This document shows positions 47,571 through 61,200 of a stretch of DNA of 64,000 nucleotides, piece by piece. Source of the DNA: Euglena gracilis (lineage: Eukaryota); contig CP154954.1 in assembly GCA_039621445.1 (NCBI GenBank), forward strand, positions 35,573,703 to 35,637,702, read 5' to 3'. Position numbers and translations under genes: made by a program. A model generated the notes under the pieces. That model worked only from the letters and a program-made list of their open reading frames with translations, was not told where the DNA came from and ran no database searches. Within the stretch, counting starts at the first letter, position 1. Each line of letters starts with the position of its first letter.

Positions 47571-50500
47571 AGGCACAGGGGAGGGGAGGCAGGCCACACC
47601 TTGTCCACGGCATGGGGTGGGGGCATCCATCGCTGACAGACCCCCCCCCGGACCCGGGGGACTGATTGGTTTGGGGGGGGGGGGGCTGAATGGGGTTTGG
47701 TTCCAGATTCCCCACGAGGGTGGGGTCGGTCATGAATGGCAGAGAGTGGCAACCCGACGCCAAAGGCGTCGGAAAATATTTGGGTTTGAGTTCGGCCGTA
47801 ATCAATTGATTTTGAGCTCTTTTTGGCCCGAGGGGCCAAAATGTCTGGCCATGGATTCACTTAACATCTGAGTGAGCCCACACCCCCATGGGTGGGTTTG
47901 GTGGGGTTTCGAGAGTGGATGGGTGCTTTACCCCCCCGGGGGGAGGGTGCACATGCACATGAGTCAGATTTTGGCCTGGCCCATCAGGATTTGACAAATG
48001 AAACATGCAACTGCCTAGCATTGAAATTGAAAAATGCCATGCACCCGGCTGGACAAAAAGGAAAATATGTGACCCCTTCCAACCTGGGGATCTGACCCCA
48101 ATGTGTAAAGCTACCCCTATGACCCTGCCAGAGAAAAGAATGTCCAAGCACAAGGACATGGCTGCCCCCAATTTTGCAAAAATCGAAAAATTATGAGGTT
48201 TGGGCTGAAATTTTGAAGGTGCACCTCAGGAAAAAGATTATGCTGTCTCCAAAAAAAGAGGTGAAAAGCTCTGTTGCCTCCTGAACCATCAGCACATTAC
48301 CAAATGGCTGGAGAGAATTAGAACACATCTGTGTCCATGCAAAGATATTCGGCTCAAGGGCCGAAAATGGGGACCCCTGTGATTTGATTTTTTTGCGCTG
48401 CGAAAACCATTTCTTCACGGCTTATAACTTCGAATCTGGTAAATGGCCTAACCCCCCCCCCAAAAAATAAACACCTGGGTCTTGTTTTGGGTTCGCTGCT
48501 GGAAACCTTATTTTGGATTTTTTCCTTGATCGACCAGAGCCCCCAAAAAAAAACAATCACTTTTCAGGTTCAATAACACTAAAAAAAATTCCTTTGGCGC
48601 TTCGTGCCATGTGTAAATTGGTATGAGATAATTACCATGTTTTTTTGCAGTTCATTTACTCTAGAATTTAGAAGTTTCATCATTTTCTGCTTGAAATTGG
48701 GGTTTCGGTAAAATTTTAGAAAAATTTCACCCTCCCTGGCGCTTCGCCACCAGGGGGTGGGGGTGGGGCTGATTCTGTTCGATCGGCCCGGGGGGGGGGG
48801 GAGGGGTTGTTCTTTTGTGGGGAGCCTTCTTTTGGGGGGGGGGGTCACGGTCCCAGGGGGGAGGGCACGTTTAAATATATTCAAATTTCACACAAAAGGA
48901 TATATCGGGGATATGACACGAAAAAATCACAAACAGACACCCAGAAATTCATTTTGACATTGTTTTGTATGTTTGGGTGGCCTCTTTGTCGAATTTTCAT
49001 CCTGAGGGAAAATTTGCTTCCATTTTCTGTGAAAGCTGAGTTTTATCGTCATTAACTTTTCCACAATGGAGATTTTCACACTCTTTTCCCCATTATTTTT
49101 CCCCATTAGTTTTGTTTCCTGCCACTTTTATCAGGACAGTAAAGCTTGTGATTCCATCGCGAACCCCTCCAAACTGCAGCCATCACACATACACCATGCC
49201 TGGTTGGGATGCACCTGGCACGGTCCCAGCACAGCAGCTCTGCACCACTTCCAGGCAAAAGACATTTCAGTGGACAACAGCTTTGGAGGAATCAGTTTAA
49301 ATATATGGTGTTGATATATGGCCCCTTGACTGTGAGAAAACAGCATCCAATGGGAAACCTTGGTGTTGGATTGAACACAAGGAAAATCAGCTTCCCATCC
49401 AAGGCAGGCAACATCTGGGTGGAGACTATCGTGTACTCCATATTCCTTAAAATTCACCGGAACATTGCAACGGATAGGCGGCACAAAATAATTCTGCCAA
49501 CCCCGTTGATGCCAAGACCACCAATATGTTCCTGCATGTCCGACACCAAAGAATCTGTGATCTTTTCAATGACATTTTCTTGAAATTCATGAACTTCAAT
49601 TATTTGACAGGGGGATTCAAGAGATCGAACCAATGCAATTTTTGATACCTTTTCTTCACTTGTTTCGACACAAAAATTTCCCCAAATTATTCTCTCGTGC
49701 GCAATCCCGGGCTATTCCCCTTGGGCATAAACTTCTAGTGCAAAAATGCCTGGGGGGATGGCACAATGAATACCATTTTGTCCCCATGCAGAAAATTACG
49801 TGGTGAGGACGGAAAACATGTGCTGGCAGTGCGGCAGTCATCCCACACCCTGTCCTCCAAGCCATCAGTGTCGAAGGGCGGGGTCTCGGTATCATTGCTT
49901 GACCCAAGGCAGCACTTGGGGCATTGATGTGCCTGCGTGCACGCCCACAGCAGTGTTCAATTCGCGCGCATGTGGGTGTGGTTGTGCATGTGTTCACACA
50001 CGTCCAAAGCTCTCATCCCCCAAAATTGACTGGCCCTGAAAGAGTGGAAACGAACACCCTTCTGTGCAAATAAAAAGATTCTGATCTGCATGTGACGTTC
50101 AGAAGGTGCACCGGGTAATACTTGAAGTGCGGGTATGAAACTTGTGAAGGGAGGTGCGGCCTGTACGCGAACAACTGAAGGAGTCGGTGACGGTCTGCCG
50201 TGCGGCGCAATGGCCTGATGGGAGAGGCAGGTCGCCAACGTGATCTTTGTGCCACCAAAGCACCGACAGCAGTTTTCCGAATGCACGTCACTGCAACACA
50301 CCATACGTCACACCGAATTCCGCAACAAATCGCCACGCGGACTTCAGCCGGCAGCGGTGCGCCCCGCAGACGAGCCCTGTGGTTGCAGGCACGGGCGTGC
50401 CCAGCCCACGGAGTTGAAACAGCAGCCGATGGGTTCCGGAGCGGGAAAACTGGGTAAAAAAAAGGAATGCTGAGACACGTTGACATAATTGCACCCACCG

Positions 50501-53500
50501 GCTCCGGCATCAGTTGGCTTTCCCAGTCAACACCTTCATCGGGGTCGGGAGAGGCAAAGGGTCAAAAAAGTATGGCCTGTTTTCTTTGAGTGGGAAAGGT
50601 GGGAGGGAGATGATCAAAGACCTTCCTTTGGACACAAGGAAAACTTACGGCTGGGGCCCCGTCAGAATCCATATGGCCCAGGACTGACAACGGGGCCAAT
50701 GGTAGATCCACCTGATCCACAGCAGGGTGAGGAGGACCACCGCACACAGCGGGAAGGCCAGAGCAGCGTGTCCCGCAACGTCAGCAGCGGACCCCTGAAG
50801 AACGATGGCCGCTGTTGGGAGAGTTGGGGCGGCGGAACCCACCCCCGGATGCCAGCGATTTGGAGCTGCGGGCAATTGTGGACTACGAGGACCATACAAT
50901 TTTTTACCGACCGCCGGGGGGGGGGGGGAAGGGGGCTCACCTCACTCTTCAAAAAACCAGTCAGTGACTACCCCCAGGGGGTCGGCCACTCTGCAATCCA
51001 AAGGAAATTTGACCAAAAACATGAAAAAAAAGTCCAAAAAAATTTCCGTGCGCCTTCCGCGCCAGGTAACTTTGGTGGTTTTTTGCCGACCCCCCCCCCC
51101 CGGGGGAGGGGGTCCGGGCCAAAAACCAGTCAATCACTCTGAAAAAACCAGTCACGCACCCCCCTGGGGGGGGGGTCGGCCAGTGACTTAATGAATGACT
51201 GACGAGGACATTTAACAAGTTAGAGAAGCTGTGTTGCTGTGTCATTGTGCAAAGCAGCCTGGGAAAAGCCACACCCCCACCAATCAAAGGTGAAGAGTGA
51301 AGACCGAGGGAGAAGTTGGGGACATACCTGAATATTAAAAATCAAACGAGAAAAGCATCCAAAAAATGGGGTGCAAGATAACAAGGAAAAGAGGCAAACC
51401 TTACTGGTGACAAGTGTACACAAGGAGGGGGGCAAATTCCCCCTGGTGACAAGTGCCGGTGGGGGGGGGGGTATTTGTCATTACCTCAGCATCGGTAGTT
51501 GAGGGCCACAGTCTCTGGCGGTGGATGCCTGCGCTGCACATGCCTGCGGCAAGAAAAAGGCGGGATACTTTGTTGCAGTGTGAGACCTGGTGGCAGGCAC
51601 GAGACCCGGAAAAAAACAGTCCAGAGTATGGTCTTTTGTGCATTTCTGCAGTTTGAAGCCGCGTGCATTAAAACCTTTGAAACCGTGCCAAAACTGCAGG
51701 TTCAGGGGAGACGTCAACGTTTGCGGGCCTGTAGATTTGTAATCTCCACCTTCCTCTGCAAAATGGAGGCCAGCCGAAGACCAAAAACGGAAAGAGTGTA
51801 CCATCGGCATCGGCGAGTTGACAGCAATAAAAAGAAACCGGTTATGAAAAAAAAAGCAGGTGCGTCAGCAATGAAGATGGACGGTCACATCCAATGCTTC
51901 ACTCTCGTTGTAACGGAGGCGGTGATAATTCAGTCAGTTCTGAGATTCAACCCACTGGACTTCTTATTTCCTTGTCGCCAACGCAAAGAGGAGGGAACAC
52001 ACCATGCCTGGATATTTGTATGTCCGGATGTGTGGATGTAGCGTCATTTCGTGGGCCAAATCTCACCTGCAGCGGGAGGGGGAAATTGTGGGATTCCCCC
52101 ACAGTCCTTTTTGATGCCGAACCCACAGTCCAAAATGACTTCCCCCCCAAATAGCAATTTTGGTCTTGCTCGGACCCTTTTCACAAGCAGAAACAGCACA
52201 AAAAATGCACAGATAATAATTTTTTTTCGATTTTATTTGTTTTGGAGTGTGGTAGGCCAAAGAAAACAAACACAAAAAATTTTCAAAATAACATGGTTCC
52301 AGTGCATTGGTCTCAAAACAAAAACATAAAACAGCATTTGAGAAATGAAACAACAGCTGAATGAAATGAAACGCCCTATCATCTCTCAAAATTAAGAAGG
52401 GTTAAAAAAAGAAGAGAATAGCAAATGTATCCAATTACTCCTGGAAAAAAAAAGTTTACGCAGACCTTGTATTTTTGCTTACGATGGATGATTCTCATAA
52501 AGAATACCTCCGGCAAGCTTCCTTCCGCTTCTCGCACAATCCGAAACGGTGATAAACCTGCCATCTCCTGCCATCCGCTGCAGGAGAACAACAATATACG
52601 GATGTGTACACTTAGACATATATCCATACGTGGACAAGTACATCATGCAGAGATATACATCCATGCATGAACATGTACATATACATGTGCACATGCATGA
52701 ACGCCAGCCTGTAATCCCTGGCCTCGGGGGAGGTCCGGTGTGAAACGTGGGGGCCTACTTCTCTGGGCAACTCCAATTTTGTCATTTGCCCCGTTCTCAT
52801 GCTTCTTTGTCTCTTCTACCTGGGTAGGCCAGGTTAGGTAAGGAGTTAGGGGCATCATATGTCTCTGCAGACTGTGCATGATTTTGATCTTCTGAGACGG
52901 TTTCCAACGCACAGCCATACATAAAGCACAGTATGTGCGTGCGCATATGTATGGAGATACATTTGTGTAAGCACACAAACATATACGCAGACGTATACAC
53001 AAACATATACACACACATACATGTGGCAGGTGTACCTTTGGATACCCCCGGCGGGTATCGAAATGGACACTTGGCTGGCCACAGTATACCTGGGGTCAGT
53101 GAGGGTGTGCTGAGAAGAGAAACTGGCCGTACCAGGCGGATAACTGTCAACTGCCACCATTGGCTGAATGGCGTTTTCTGTGACATCAGGAACCAATCAA
53201 CTGTGGTGCTGCACCAGGAACAGGAAGGCCTGGTGGGGGGGGGGGGTCGGCCCCCCACCTACCACAAAACTTTTGAAACAAAATTTTCACACACACATTC
53301 TACACATCAAAGGTTTTTTAAACAGAATTTTCCCCGGCGTGGAAGGCGCCGGGGAAAAATTTTTGGGGTCAAAAATTGGGTGCTCCTGGAAACAGCTGGA
53401 AATACAGGAGGTGGTGGGGGGGTCGACCCCCCCCCCACCCACCATACAGGAGGTGGGGGGGTGGTCGACCCCACCACCACCCGGGCTGTTTGACCGATTC

Positions 53501-54866
53501 CTGGTCTGCCCTGGCCAGGAAGCAAGCACAGGAGCAGGCGGAAACCCGCATAAAAAAAAAGCCCAAAACACACAACGGGCTGTTGTGCAGTAGGTGCAAC
53601 CTTTCTGGACTTTGGAGGCGGACACATCCTCCCAGGCCTTGCACATAAGTATGGCCGTGGAAGGCGTGAGTCAGTTGCCAGCCTGTCCTAAAGAGTCTGC
53701 GGGTGTTAGATGGTTAGTGCCGAGAAAACAGCCGAACAGCCTGGGTTGGTGTCAAAAGAGCGATGAAAGCAGTGCCCAGATCCCTGTTCCTGCAGCAGTT
53801 GGTGCAGGTGGTGCAGTCAGTCTTTAAAAAACCTGTTAAATGTACCATCAGACGCCTTTCCAAGCGGTTTCCCGTTCTCCCTGTCCCTGGATTCACAGGT
53901 GGGTTCCCTCCTAAACGCGGCGTACCTGAAGAAATTTGACACCCCCTCCCCCTGGGGGTGTTCAGCTAGCCAGCAGGCTGTTTTTCCAGCCAGCAGATTT
54001 TTTGTCCAGCCCGGACCTTCTCCCCCCATCCCTCAACGAGATTTATTTATTTCCAGCCGCCCCTGGGGAGGCTGGACAGTACAGATTCCTCGCTTTTTGG
54101 GGTCCAAAAAAAGGGCTATGGGCTAAAAAGGGCTAAAAATGGCGAAAATGGGTCGAATAGGGCTGGCCAGGGCAAATTTGGGGTCAAAACATCGATGTTC
54201 TTTTCATAATTGTCAGTTTTTCGGGCATTTTTGCAATTTCGATATGTTGGTTCTCAGTTAGACCCCGGATGCCCTTTGCCTTTCCCCTATGCCTTTTTCC
54301 AGCCACCCAAATTTTCCAGCATCTGAGCTGGACCGTTTGACGACCCCCTGAGCTGGGGTGTCGTCAAAAAACACCTTGCTCCCAAAACCAATCACTCAAG
54401 CGTTTCAGGCAGGCTCCTGCCTAATCAACATCTTTACATGGCACGCAGGTTGCCTGCAATCGCATTAAAACTCATTTCGGGCGAATGTCCGCGTAGACAT
54501 CTCACTCAGCAAACCATCCTCATTCATCAGTAACACCTCCTGTTCACAGGACCCCCTGCTATTTTGTGTGGATATCCACGTATACTTTAAATATTTCTTC
54601 ATTCCAACAATGCTGTGAATGGCAGAAACCATGGAGACAGAGCTCCATGCCATACCCATTCAAAAACAGGAGTTTTTCACCCATTTCAAACACTCCTGAC
54701 AAACCCCAAGGAATACAGTTCACAGACAATCTGGACCGGCTCAGGTGAATCAACCGTCACACTTTCTCCAAAAGGTGTTTGTGAGATCTGAAAATCAGAA
54801 ATTTAGGGGGTCCAGAGATGGCCCCTTTTCGGGAGTCCAGAAAGGGCAAAAAAAAAAACGTCGTCG

Positions 54867-54889
54867 TATATGAATATGTATATGTATAC

Positions 54890-54926
<37 letters not shown>

Positions 54927-54928
54927 GG

Positions 54929-54981
<53 letters not shown>

Positions 54982-55018
54982 TTATGTATATGTATATTTA
55001 TATGTTTCTGTATATGTG

Positions 55019-55077
<59 letters not shown>

Positions 55078-55114
55078 TTATGTATATGTATATTTATATG
55101 TTTATGTATATGTG

Positions 55115-55209
<95 letters not shown>

Positions 55210-55250
55210 CTATGTATATGTATATGTCTATGTATATGTATATGTATATG
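54867..55250 (+). repeat. (TATATG)n hexamer microsatellite
   Basis: Directly visible. Confidence 0.97.
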
Positions 55251-58200
55251 TCTCTGTATATGTGTCTCTGTCTATGTGTAAATGTCTCTATATGTCTATG
55301 TATATGTCTCTGTCCTCTGTCTCTGTATATGTCTCTGTCTCTGTCTAGTATCTGTATGTCTCTGTATCTGTCTCTGTCTCTGTCTCTGTCTCTGTCTCTG
55401 TCTCTGTCTCTGTCTCTGTCTCTGTCTCTGTCTCTGTCTCTGTTCTGTCTGTCCTGTCCTGTCTCTGTCTGTATATGTCTAATATGTATATATCTGTATC
55501 TGTCTCTGTCTCTGTCTGTCTCTGTCTCTGTCTCTGTCTCTGTCTCTGTATCTGTCTCTGTCTCTGTCTCTGTCTCTGTCTCTGTCTCTGTCTCTGTCTC
55601 TGTCTCTGTCTCTGTCTCTGTCTCTGTCTCTGTCTCTGTCTCTGTCTCTGTCTCTGTCTATGTCTATGTCTCTGTCTCTGTCTCTGTCTCTGTCTCTGTC
55701 TCTGTCTCTGTCTCTGTCTCTGTCTCTGTCTCTGTCTCTGTCTCTGTCTCTGTCTCTGTCTCTGTCTCTGTCTCTGTCTCTGTCTCTGTCTCTGTCTCTG
55801 TCTCTGTCTCTGTCTCTGTCTCTTGTCTCTGTCTCTGTCTCTGTCTCTGTCTCTGTCTCTGTCTCTGTCTCTGTCTCTGTCTCTGTCTCTGTCTCTGTCT
55901 CTGTCTCTGTCTCTGTCTCTGTCTCTGTCTCTGTCTCTGTCTCTGTCTCTGTCTCCTGTCTGTCTCTGTCTCTGTCTCTGTCTCTGTCTCTGTCTCTGTC
56001 TCTCTGTCTCTGTCTCTGTCTCTCTGTCTCTGTCTCTGTCTCTGTCTCTGTCTCTGTCTCTGTCTCTGTCTCTGTCTCTGTCTCTGTCTCTGTCTCTGTG
56101 TCTCTGTCTCTGTCTCTGTCTCTGTCTCTGTCTGTCTCTGTCTCTGTCTCTGTCTCTGTCTCTGTCTCTGTCTCTGTCTCTGTCTCTGTCTCTGTCTGTC
56201 TCTGTCTCTGTCTCTGTCTCTGTCTGTCTCTGTCTCTGTCTCTGTCTCTGTCTCTGTCTCTGTCTCTGTCTCTGTCTCTGTCTCTGTCTCTGTCTCTGTC
56301 TCTGTCTCTGTCTCTGTCTCTGTCTCTGTCTCTGTCTCTGTCTCTGTCTCTGTCTCTGTCTCTGTCTCTGTCTCTGTCTCTGTCTCTGTCTCTGTCTCTG
56401 TCTCTGTCTCTGTCTCTGTCTCTGTCTCTGTCTCTGTCTCTGTCTGTCTCTGTCTCTGTCTCTGTCTCTGTCTCTGTCTCTGTCTCTGTCTCTGTCTCTG
56501 TCTCTGTCTCTGTCTCTGTCTCTGTCTCTGTCTCTGTCTCTGTCTCTGTCTCTGTCTCTGTCTCTGTCTCTGTCTCTCTGTCTCTCTGTCTCTGTCTCTG
56601 TCTCTGTCTCTGTCTCTCTGTCTCTGTCTCTGTCTCTGTCTCTGTCTCTGTCTCTGTCTCTGTCTCTGTCTCTGTCTCTGTCTCTGTCCTGTCTCTGTCT
56701 CTGTCTCTGTCTCTGTCTCTGTCTCTGTCTCTGTCTCTGTCTCTGTCTCTGTCTCTGTCTCTGTCTCTGTCTGTCTCTGTCTCTGTCTCTGTCTCTGTCT
56801 CTCTGTCTCTGTCTCTCTCTGTCTGTTGTCTCTGTCTCTGTCTCTGTCTCTGTCTCTGTCTCTGTCTCTGTCTCTGTCTGTCTCTGTCTCTGTCTCTGTC
56901 TCTGTCTCTGTCTCTGTCTCTGTCTCTGTCTGTCTCTGTCTCTGTCTCTGTCTCTGTCTCTGTCTCTGTCTCTGTCTCTGTCTCTGTCTCTGTCTCTGTC
57001 TCTGTCTCTGTCTCTGTCTCTGTCTCTGTCTCTGTCTCTGTCTCTGTCTCTGTCTCTGTCTCTGTCTCTGTCTCTGTCTCTGTCTCTGTCTCTGTCTCTG
57101 TCTCTGTCTCTGTCTCTGTCTCTGTCTCTGTCTCTGTCTCTGTCTCTGTCTCTGTCTCTGTCTCTGTCTCTGTCTCTGTCTCTGTCTCTGTCTCTGTCTC
57201 TGTCTCTGTCTCTGTCTCTGTCTCTGTCTCTGTCTCTGTCTCTGTCTCTGTCTCTGTCTCTGTCTCTGTCTCTGTCTCTGTCTCTGTCTCTGTCTCTGTC
57301 TCTGTCTCTGTCTCTGTCTCTCTGTCTCTGTCTTTGTCTATGTCTATGTCTCTGTCTCTGTCTGTGTCTCTTTCTCTGTCTCGGTCTCTGTTTCTGTCTC
57401 TGTCTCTGTTTCTGTCTCTGTCGTGGTATCTGTCTCTGTCTCTGTCTCTGTCTCTGTCTCTGTCTCTGTCTCTGTCTGTCCTGTCTGTCTCTGTCTCTGT
57501 CTCTGTCTCTGTCTCTGTCTCTGTCTCTGTCTCTGTCTCTGTCTCTGTCTCTGTCTCTGTCTCTCTCTGTCTCTGTCTCTGTCTCTGTCTCTGTCTCTGT
57601 CTCTGTCTCTGTCTCTGTCTCTGTCTCTGTCTCTGTCTCTGTCTCTGTCTCTGTCTCTGTCTCTGTCTCTGTCTCTGTATGTCTCTGTCTGTATATGTCT
57701 CTGTCTCTGTCTCTGTCTCTGTCTCTGTCTCTGTCTCTGTCTCTGTCTCTGTCTATGTCTCTGTCTGTCTCTCTGTCTCTGTCTCTGTCTCTGTCTCTGT
57801 CTCTGTCTCTGTCTCTGTCTCTGTCTCTGTCTCTGTCTCTTTCTCTGTCTCTGTCTCTGTCTCTGTCTCTGTCTCTGTGTCTGTCTCTGTCTCTGTCTCT
57901 GTCTCTGTCTCTGTCTCTGTCTCTGTCTCTCTGTCTCTGTCTCTGTCTCTGTCTCTGTCTCTGTCTCTGTCTCTGTCTCTGTCTCTGTCTCTGTCTCTGT
58001 CTCTGTCTCTGTCTCTGTCTCTGTCTCTGTCTCTGTCTCTGTCTCTGTCTCTGTCTCTCTCTGTCTCTGTCTCTGTCTCTGTCTCTGTCTCTGTCTCTGT
58101 CTCTGTCTCTGTCTCTGTCTCTGTCTCTGTCTCTGTCTCTGTCTCTGTCTCTGTCTCTGTCTCTGTCTCTGTCTCTCTCTCTTCTCTTGTCTGTCTCTGT

Positions 58201-61200
58201 CTCTGTCTCTGTCTCTGTCTCTGTCTCTGTCTCTGTCTCTGTCTCTGTCTCTGTCTCTGTCTCTGTCTCTGTCTCTGTCTCTGTCTCTGTCTCTGTCTCT
58301 GTCTCTGTCTCTGTCTCTGTCTCTGTCTCTGTCTCTGTCTCTGTCTCTGTCTCTGTCTCTGTCTCTGTCTCTGTCTCTGTCTCTGTCTCTGTCTCTGTCT
58401 CTGTCTCTGTCTCTGTCTCTGTCTCTGTCTCTGTCTCTGTCGCTGTCTCTTTCTCTGTCTCTGGCTCTGTCTCTGTCTCTGTCTCTTTCTCTGTCTCTGT
58501 CTCTGTCTCTGTCTCTGTCTGTCTCTGTCTCTGTCTCTGTCTGTCTCTGTCTCTGTCTCTCTGTCTCTGTCTCTGTCTCTGTCTCTGTCTCTGTCTCTGT
58601 CTCTGTCTCTGTCTCTGTCTCTGTCTCTGTCTCTGTCTCTGTCTCTGTCTCTGTCTCTGTCTCTGTCTCTGTCTCTGTCTCTGTCTCTGTCTCTGTCTCT
58701 GTCTCTGTCTCTGTCTCTGTCTCTGTCTCTGTCTCTCTCTGTCTCTGTCTCTGTCTCTGTCTCTGTCTCTGTCTCTCTGTCTCTGTCTCTGTCTCTGTCT
58801 CTGTTCTCTGTCTCTGTCCTCTGTCTGTCTCTGTCTCTGTCCCTGTCTCTGTCTCTGTCTCTCTGTCTCTGTCTGTCTCTGTCTCTGTCCTGTCTCTCTG
58901 TCTCTGTCTCTGTCTCTGTCTCTGTCTCTGTCTCTGTCTCTGCCTCTGTCTCTGTCTCTGTCTCTGTCTGTCTCTGTCTCTGTCTCTGTCTCTGTCTCTG
59001 TCTCTGTCTCTGTCTCTGTCTCTGTCTCTGTCTCTGTTCTCTGTCTCTGTCTCTCTCTGTCTCTGTCTCTGTCTCTGTCTCTGTCTCTGTCTCTGTCTCT
59101 GTCTCTGTCTCTGTCTCTGTCTCTGTCTCTGTCTCTGTCTCTGTCTCTGTCTCTGTCTGTCTCTGTGTCTCTGTCTCTGTCTCTGTCTCTGTCTCTCTGT
59201 CTCTGTCTCTGTCTCTGTGTCTGTCTCTGTCTCTGTCTCTGTCTGTCTCTGTCTCTGTCTCTGTCTCTGTCTCTGTCTCTGTCTCTGTCTCTGTCTCTGT
59301 CTCTGTCTCTGTCTCTGTCTCTGTCTCTGTCTCTGTCTCTGTCTCTGTCTCTGTCTCTGTCTCTGTCTCTGTCTCTGTCTCTGTCTCTGTCTCTGTCTCT
59401 GTCTGTCTCTGTCTCTGTCTCTGTCTCTGTCTCTGTCTCTGTCTCTGTCTCTCTGTCTCTGTCTCTGTCTCTGTCTCTGTCTCTGTCTCTGTCTCTGTCT
59501 CTGTCTCTGTCTCTGTCTCTGTCTCTGTCTCTGTCTCTGTCTCTGTCTCTGTCTCTGTCTCTGTCTCTGTCTCTGTCTCTGTCTCTGTCTCTGTCTCTGT
59601 CTCTGTCTCTGTCTCTGTCTCTGTCTCCTGTCTCTGTCTCTGTCTCTGTCTCTGTCTCTGTCTCTGTCTCTGTCTCTGTCTCTGTCTCTGTCTCTGTCTC
59701 TGTCTCTGTCTCTGTCTCTGTCTCTGTCTCTGTCTCTGTCTCTGTCTCTGTCTCTGTCTCTGTCTCTGTCTCTGTCTCTGTCTCTGTCTCTGTCTCTGTC
59801 TCTGTCTCTGTCTCTGTCTCTGTCTCTGTCTCTGTCTCTGTCTCTGTCTCTGTCTCTGTCTCTGTCTCTGTCTCTGTCTCTGTCTCTGTCTCTGTCTCTG
59901 TCTCTGTCTCTGTCTCTGTCTCTGTCTCTGTCTCTGTCTCTGTCTCTGTCTCTGTCTCTGTCTCTGTCTCTGTCTCTGTCTCTGTCTCTGTCTCTGTCTC
60001 CTGTCGCTGTCTCTGTCTCTGTTCTGTCTCTCTTGTCTCTGTCTCTGTCTCTCTTCGGTCTCTTCTCTCTGTCTCTGTCTCTGTCTCTGTCTCTGTCTCT
60101 GTCTCTGTCTCTGTCTCTGTCTCTGCCTCTGTCTCTGTCTCTGTCTCTGCCTCTGTCTCTGTCTCTGTCTCTGTCTCTGCCTCTGTCTCTGTCTCTGTCT
60201 CTGTCTCTGTCTCTGTCTCTGTCTCTGTCTCCTGTCTCTGTCTCTGTCTCTGTCTCTGTCTCTGTCTCTGTCTCTGTCTCTGTCTCTGTCTGTCTGTCTC
60301 TGTCTGTCTCTGTCTCTGTGTCTCTGTCTCTGTCTCTGTCTCTGTCTCTGTCTCTGTCTCTGTCTCTGTCTCTGTCTCTGTCTCTGTCTCTGTCTCTGTC
60401 TCTGTCTCTGTCTCTGTCTCTGTCTCTGTCTCTGTCTCTGTCTCTGTCTCTGTCTCTGTCTCTGTCTCTGTCTCTGTCTCTGTCTCTGTCTCTGTCTCTG
60501 TCTCTGTCTCTGTCTCTGTCTCTGTCTCTGTCTCTGTCTCTGTCTCTGTCTCTGTCTCTGTCTCTGTCTCTGTCTCTGTCTCTGTCTCTGTCTCTGTCTC
60601 TGTCTCTGTCTCTGGCTCTGTCTCTGTCAATGTCTATGTCTATGTCTATGTCTATGTCTCTGTCTATGTCTCTGTCTATGTGTATGTATCTGTCTCTGTC
60701 TCTGGCTCTGTCTCTTTCTCTGTGTATGGCTATGTCTCTGTCTCTGTCTGTGTCTCTGTCTCTGTCTCTGTCTCTGTCTCTGTCTCTGTGTCTGTCTCTG
60801 TCTCTGTCTCTGTCTCTGTCTCTGTCTCTGTCTCTGTGTCTGTCTCTGTCTCTGTCTCTGTCTCTGTCTCTGTCTCTGTCTCTGTCTCTGTCTCTCTGTC
60901 TCTGTCTCTGTCTCTCTGTCTCTGTCTCTGTCTCTGTCTCTGTCTCTGCTCTGTCTCTGTCTCTCTCTCTGTCTCTCGCTCTGTCTCTGTCTCTGTCTCT
61001 GTCTCTGTCTCTGTCTCTGTCTCTGTCTCTGTCTCTGTCTCTGTCTCTGTCTCTGTCTCTGTCTCTGTCTCTGTCTCTGTCTCTGTCTCTGTCTGTGTCA
61101 GTGTCTGTGTCTGTGTCTGTGTCTGTGTCTCTCTGTCTCTGTCTCGTCTCTGTCTCTGTCTCTGTCTCTGTCTCTGTTCTGTCTCTGTCTCTGTCTCTGT

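Noticed and set aside
47600-54800. Many 60-240 aa ORFs in the right-hand unique region
   Set aside because: No recognisable domains; rich in homopolymer runs and small dispersed repeats, consistent with intronic or intergenic DNA. Small exons cannot be excluded.
55345-60630. 1761-aa ET/RD/RQ ORF (and the YV ORF at 54818-55348)
   Set aside because: Translation of stop-free hexamer microsatellites; no evidence of coding.
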